Source: Amoebidium appalachense
Taxonomy: Eukaryota; Protista; Ichthyosporea
DNA: 64,000 nt
Reading direction: 5' to 3'
Assembly (NCBI GenBank): GCA_963693365.1
Contig: CAVNZM010000010.1
Coordinates: forward strand, 5,891,794-5,955,793
Shown here: piece by piece, positions 33,861-64,000 of the stretch
Numbering within the stretch: the stretch's first letter is position 1
Layout: the number at the start of each line of letters is the position of its first letter
The notes under the pieces: generated by a model
Database searches by the model: none
Told to the model about the DNA's origin: nothing
The model's input: only the letters and a program-made list of their open reading frames with translations
Program-made: the position numbers and the translations under genes

Positions 33861-34293
33861 TGCGCGCGCACGCACGTCGCGGTGTGTGCAAAAGGGGGGG
33901 GGGGGGGGGGGGGGAGGGGGGGGGGGAGCACCAAATATACGTACAAGGCTTATGAACAGCACCAAACCTGCTCATCCTTCTTGTTGCTCCTAGAAGCTAG
34001 CCGACAACAACCAAAATACTTTCAAGCAAACATCAAAGACCGATTTAGTAGAAGAAAGATCTAGATAACCATACAGAAAGCGAAAGTGATTTTATTTAAC
34101 ATATGAGATAAGACGCATCAGGCTACAAGCGGTCCGGAGGGAACATGAAGGGAGAAAAAAAGGCTTGAGGTTTGTCTGCACGTACGAGTGGTGAAGTTAA
34201 TGCAAATAACATTGGTCACGAGGTACAGATTCTCTTGCACAGCATGATTTGCGAGAAGATGAATCCGGTGTGTGTTTGGAGGAGAAATTGTGT

Positions 34294-34400
<107 letters not shown>

Positions 34401-36444
34401 AGCAGGTGTGCATCAAGGGTGCATCGGAAACAAGTTCTAGCAGCAGACTAGAAACCGGTGCGAATAACCTAAGGGGACCTATACATATATCCACACAACA
34501 TGGCTCAACTGGTAGCAGCCAATCTTAGACTGAGTGGTGCAAGCGTACTTGGAGAAAGGAGGGGGGGGGGGGGGGGGGGGGGGGTTAACAGTAGAGAGGG
34601 TGTGTGTGTGGGGGGGGGGGGGGGGGGGGAGGGTGGGGGGGGGGGGGGGGCGGGGGGGAGAGGGGATTACACCAAGAAAGCAAACTCACGATCATGTGAG
34701 ACACAGAATGTGTTGTCGTTGTGGGCATGCAGTTGTAAAAACACTCAGTAAGACCCAAAGTGGAGTTTTACCACCCACACAAACACGCATAATGACACCA
34801 CACACACGCGCGCGCGCGCGCGGCATGCACGCACGCACCTACATGTTTTTTTTCCCCCGAGCCCAAACACTTCAAACCGAAAAAAAAATGAACAGGTGTC
34901 TAACACAAAGGACTACATGCGTGTCAACCAACCTCGTTCAAAGACGTTCCCAAGCTGAAGCAAGATGCCACCGTCGACGTGACATAGAGGTTTGCGGACC
35001 TCCTTCTCCTAAACCTTTTCCGACAACGCAGTAGCAGTCCTCCTCATACTGGTTGTACGAGGGAAGGCAGAAATGTGGTACGCAGTGCAATTAACCGATA
35101 CAAACCTCTTGCATAACATCACGTTAGGGGATGCCCGACTCTATAGCCAACGTTACCGCCGCTGTACAAGGCGACAGGAGCGCGAAAGACACAAACGCCT
35201 TAACAGGACAAGCAGCATATGAACTCAGTTTACATGCAGGACTGCACACGTTTTACGCGGCAGGGTACACAGCAGCTGAGGGGGGGAAGAGGAGTGGGGG
35301 GGGAGTCCGGGGGGAGGGGGGAATGCCTCGGCATTCGAACACATTGTGGATCATGATCATGATAGAGATCGATGAACAGATTGCCAAGTCATGGCAGACG
35401 ATTGCAAAGCACACCTATATACAGCTAAAGAGTGTGTATATATATATATCTATGTAGTAAGTGTTCATGAAGAGAGCCTGGGGAGGGGGGGGGGGGCAGC
35501 ATGTCGATGAAAACAGGAGCCCCGGGTCTAGAGGAATAAAGGGCCCTCAAATTCTGACTTTGCAGCTCATGTATATGGAAGGCGTTCCTTCTCTCTACAA
35601 CCCATGTACAAGTTTATGGAACATACCCGAAAGACAATGCCCGGCCCTGCCAGGGACTCAGTTTACATGCATATGAATCGCTCGCTCATGTTATGTAAAA
35701 AGCATATATATGCAGGACAACATTGTCCGAGTGTAAAGCAAGCAATAGTCAAGTTTAACTACAGAGTATGTCCGTCCCTGCATACAAATATCACCAAATC
35801 CAACCCGCAGCCAGTAACCCCGTGAAATTTCCTACGGTACAAATATCAATCAAGAAGAAGCTATGCACAACTAAAGCTCTGCCGGTCAGGCAAGCTAACA
35901 TTGTCAAGGACTATTATTGATAGGAGTCATGGGCCAACATATCTGGCGGTGTCCCCAGTCTAACATTTATCACACCCCCTTACAGGTCACAAATTTACCG
36001 GAACACACAATGTCAACGTCATACATATTACACCTAAGATAAGAAACGAAAAAGATGAACAGTAAAAAGAGAAATCCAAAGTTTCTACGGAGGTTAAGTA
36101 AACGAACCGTTTCTGATCACAGCCAAGCACAAACACTTGTAACACCCTCGCTCATGTCATCAACACGAATCGTTCAACTTGGATAGCTATTCCAGATCAG
36201 CATGTGCAGAGAAACTCTAAGGCAATTCGAATAGAACACGCAACGCAAGAAAAGGGGCTTTCTTGAAAGGACGTCAATATTCACATGTGCTATTTATGCG
36301 AGACAAAAGCCAAGAGCAAAAAGTTTTTATGTGCGCTAGCAAACAGGCATATGCGTTAATATTGACACGTGCCCCGAGAATATTAACCTGAAATGGGGCC
36401 CTGAAACCGGGCAGGCACTAAGGGATGGATGATAGGTTTAACCC

Positions 36445-45400
<8,956 letters not shown>

Positions 45401-47660
45401 TTCTACCTTGCTGGATAGTTCCAGCTGGCAAAAGGGGTAGCGGTACTGTGAAGAGAACGCTGCAGATTGTCTTATTGAAAAATGTATGCTCGCCAGATCC
45501 TACTGTTGTGCTGCACTCTATACTACCTCAGGTTGCAAGGTGTGGGTCGGGGGTCCCTCCTTGCTATCTACCATAGTTCTTTATGCTATAGAAATGTAAA
45601 TCGTACAAAGGAAAAGCAGTGAAGTTGGAAGTTCGAGTATGGATGCAAGAATCAAAAAAATGTGTTAGATCACCTAAAACGCTACCTACATCAACACTAA
45701 TCTTGTGCTCGAACGAACAGGCATGGCCCAGTGTGCAGCTAACCTAAAAGTCGTTTCGAACCTCGTGAGCCGAGCGGATTCCTGATAAAAACCCAAATAA
45801 GCAAGCTTTAAAATAACATGTGCTTTCATATGCAAACTAATAACCCCGTTAAACTGTTTTGTCGTGAAGAATGAGTAGTAAAACACCCTCTTGAAACATC
45901 AGCTTTCTTTCCCCTGCCTCGACTGCGCCGACCGTCACCCAGCCAAGCTTGCGCAGCCGCTGGGCCCGGGAGATCTGTAGAACTCAGTAGAATAAGTAGT
46001 TTGCCAGGGAAAGCCAATTGGTTAAATATCAGCGTTTCTGGATGACTCTACCAATCAGACGAACGCTATCAATAGTCTTCCGTGCGACCCCAAACTACGA
46101 GCCTGCGACAGTTGGCTGCGACTAAGAATATGTCGCACTCAAAAGATGGGTCTACGTTCATCCCTTTCTACAGACTAACCAGTCGACTGAACATCAAGGC
46201 TGGCTGAGCAAACGTATAAGGAAATTAAAAAATATCGTTTTTACGATAGGGAGCCCCTACGTATACGTGCACAGTCACTGCACCAGCTCAGTGGCACCTC
46301 AGCTCGGGCCCACCAACTTGGAAACGTGATTACTGTATGTGCTTACCGCGACACGAAGTTTCTCGTTCATATACGAATAAAAAGGTGTAGAATGGCAAGA
46401 GCTAAATCGCATGCACGTGTTGAATACACATCCAATTAGACACCAAAACCGCCACGGCAAGAAAGACATGTAGTCTTCGCACCGCCGAGTGAACTAACCA
46501 AACTTTAGTAGCTAGCATCAGCAGACTGCTAACAATCTTGTGCCGGGCCAAGGCGTGAACTCAATGATATTATCAGTAACCACCCCAGTGCAAACAAGTA
46601 CTCTTTCCATCGAAATTTTGGTTCTCGGGTTGCCTAAGTGTTCTTTGAAAAAGATTTACCTGTCCTTCCACATGGCTACTTTTTGGAGTCATGTTTCCAG
46701 CCCGGGTGGCTGAGATTCGAGAGTTGGAGCTCGGGTCAAGGGGGGAAGTTTTGGGGGGGAGGGGGGGGGGGAGGAGGCGGAACTTGGGGGGAAAGGAAGA
46801 GGGCGAGGGAGAGGGGGGCTGCGGATGGAGGTGAGAGCTCTCGAGGTTCCCCGGGGAAGGCCTGGGGGAGTTGGGGGGGGGGGGGGGGGGGGGGAAGGGG
46901 GAAGCGGGCTCTGAACCGGGGCCCAATGGGGTTGAAAGGGCGGTGTATGCAAAGGAAGAAGACGTCATCGAGATTTGGACGACAATCTGAGCTTACAATA
47001 ACGAAAAAAGTGTTTATAACTGGTTTTGGCTCTGGGCTTTCCGCTACATCTACACATCATACAATTGCAAGGGGAAGGCAGCTCATAACAACCTGGCCTT
47101 ATAATTTGTTTGCCAGCTGTCTCCAAGTGCCAAGTTGTGTCCCTTGACCACTAGGCTACTGCAGTCACAGAAATACAATCCACACCAGCGTCTCTCTAAA
47201 GGCGTTTCAGGTTTCGCAGTTAACAATTGCAAAACGGCCGGGCCGGGGAAGGCCGCTTTCAAATTTAGGCTTGCAATGAATGTGACGTCATTGCCTGTTA
47301 CGTAATCGAGGCTCGATTGTTTGGCCCGACCAAAACAGCAAAACAGTGTAGCGCTGATCTTGCCGATGAAGGCAGCTGCATGTTTACACGGTACGGTAGA
47401 CAGACCAAAAGCTTCCTCTGTTACATTGGTGGTAGGCCAAGAACTTCCTATATTTATGACTATGAATGGGTAACCCGGCCGTATTTACAGTGCACGCCTA
47501 CACTACATAAACGTAACCACACCCCATTTAGAACTCTTCCCACGCGAAACAACATAGCAAACGAGCAAGCACACCAGGCAGAGAACACACCCACATATAC
47601 AGAGATATACGGTAGTATTCCCTCCCCCGTTCTTGTAGAGATGGGGAGCGAGGCAGCAAA

Positions 47661-61632
<13,972 letters not shown>

Positions 61633-61701
61633 AGACAAATTGAAAAAGGGATGTAACCACTTATTCTGCATCCGAGTGGGCCTCCCAAGCTGCTTCATGC
61701 A

Positions 61702-61732
<31 letters not shown>

Positions 61733-61816
61733 TTCGCACACGTGTTGTTGTGTGCAAGCACACACACGCACGCGCGCCTCACACACACAGACGCGCACGC
61801 GCACACACACATACAG

Positions 61817-61864
<48 letters not shown>

Positions 61865-64000
61865 GCGGATGCTCACACGCGCACATCGTGGTCATTCGGA
61901 AGCACAGACGTGAGGCAAGGAACAATTGACTAATTTGACGAAAGTGAATGGCCGAATCAAGAAATGCATTGAAAAATGCCCTGGCCATCGATTTAGGCTC
62001 GTGCCTCCATATACACGACCTATGTCGGTTTGTTTATATGCATCATATTGCACACGCACACATGATAACTGTGATAGTGTAGTTGTGCAGTAGTAAAAAA
62101 GATGTGAACAGATGAGCCAAAACGGCCACGCATGCAATCATCATATTCCTAGCCACGCGCACACACAGGTGATGAGCAAGAGGTCGCGTGGGTTTCCGAT
62201 TTTCTTTCTTTTCTTTTTTTTTTTAGACATACGGTGCAAAGTCCATTTCACTGGATATATTGAATGATAACCTGTATTTCTGTTATGCACACGAATGAAT
62301 GATGTCTTTTCACAATGTGTAAGTGTGCTATCCATTTTAACAGTTCCCTTCAATAAGGTCCGGGTACGGCCAATGATTTTTCTGGTCGTCTGTAGTGAAT
62401 GAACACGGGAAACCGAGCTATAAGCTTGCCATGTCTGTCCGGCAACTAATATTAATAGAGCTCAAAGTGCGGTTAATCATTATAAACAACATACTCACAC
62501 TTACTGTGTGCTGTATTCTGCCTTAAGGGTGTGTGTAATTTTGGGTTTGTGTACATACTTGCGCCGTTTCGCATCGCCACTCGCCAGGCAGGCCACTCTC
62601 CAGAAACCGCATCCGGCAAATGTGCACCTTTCTTCTAGCCAAAGGTCTGGGCCAGTAATTACGTAAGCTCTATTCTACGCTGGTTGGATAGGATGCTCCC
62701 TCCCAAGCTCTGAAGCTTGTAGGTAATAATTGTGGTATGTATTGGAATGTTCTCGATCGCAGGACCAACATGGGAGGCTCCTCAGTTGTGCAAAGTGGGT
62801 GATCGTGTACTGTAGTGTGTGCGCATGCGCCTGGCCACGGGGTAGTAATGAGTGCAATACAGGCCTGTACGTTATGTACTACCTACGTATGCACTTCGTA
62901 GGCACCACAGAACATAGTTGTAGTATCACACCGTGTGTGGATATGCATTGCAAACGTCAGCCTGAGCATGGGTTCAGTTGTGTACCTTATGTACTCTATG
63001 AATGTGTATCTGATTCATGTCACAGTGTCAACATGTAAGACTTATCCTTCACGCAGATATCCGGGTATTACAGGAGGGTCCACGGTAGTGGGTTGGCACA
63101 TGATACTATAACATATCAGAGTTATTCCTTAATATCCCAGGAATCCATCCACATATATATCGACGCGCTGAATGCCTATCGATATTGGTTTTTCTCGATG
63201 GTGCACCGGATGTGGCAATGGCAAGTGCCTAAATATGGAAAAGGCCATATATGGGCAAAGCAATTATCAATTCGCGCTCAGTGCACTATGTCAATGGCGA
63301 CTTGAAGAAAGAAAACGGGAGGGGAGGGCGGGGGCAAGGGGGGGGAAGGGGGAGGGGGGAGATAGGGCCGGGACACTGGGATTGCAAGCTTCTGAATCAT
63401 CAGGAATCGAAAAAACGTTGACTCTCACACGGTAGCCGACACGTGCATGATAATTGTGAAATCGAATGTACATAGGTTAGTGCACGTTCGTGTGTTTGTG
63501 TGTGCGTATGTGTGCCTACAGCTGTGCGTAGGCCCGTGAATGTGTCAGACTCATTGCAATGTGGGTTTGCCTGCCTCCCTCCCTCTTTCTCCCTCTCTTT
63601 GTGTTTGTGTGTCTGATCCAGGGATTTAATGATGATGGTAGGGAAGACGGCTCCCCGGGGGGGGGGGGGGGGGGGGGGGGGGAGGGGGTTACTGCAACAG
63701 TTTCTATAATTCTTCTTTCTTGGTTTGCTTGATCGGATATGATCGGGGGGGGGGGGGGGGGCTGCTGCTGCGGATCAAGTCACTGTGATATTGTTTGTTC
63801 ATTCAACTGATCCAGATTCTGAATTAATTGCCCATCTTAAGCTTTAGTGCCCTGCCCCCTCCCCCCCTCCCCCCCCCCCCCCAACCCCCTCCCCCTTCGA
63901 GCCCCCCCCCACACACATACACCACCACCACCACCACACCACTCATCACAAGCTTCCCGTACGTACTGTCTATTATTTGCAAACCAGCCAAATGCATCCC

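Overview
Eukaryotic, intron-rich genomic DNA. A Src-family kinase together with Plavaka and Polinton-type elements suggests a unicellular holozoan such as an ichthyosporean; this is inference only. The first ~21.7 kb is a stack of nested mobile DNA. In order: the 3' end of a poly(A)-tailed element inserted in a Ty1/Copia pol; a decayed pogo/Tigger transposase; an array of TGGATATCCA palindromes interrupted by a young non-autonomous Gypsy-derived LTR element (480-bp LTRs, ACCCT TSD, PBS, PPT); a spliced Plavaka/CMC transposase fragment; an orphan TM/coiled-coil ORF; and the N-terminal (terminal protein/vOTU-like) part of a Polinton/adintovirus protein-primed DNA polymerase with its upstream regulatory block. 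The rest holds three recognisable spliced host genes: WTAP/Mum2 (-), a Src-family kinase (-) and PIGQ/GPI1 (+). Their introns are packed with (CA)n/(TG)n, (GA)n and poly-C/poly-G. The most unusual signal is a dispersed, variably 5'-truncated intronic repeat family. Its six copies end in a poly(C) or C-rich tract rather than poly(A), and the five copies in identified genes are all sense to the host gene. Most ORFs in the supplied track are microsatellite artefacts.
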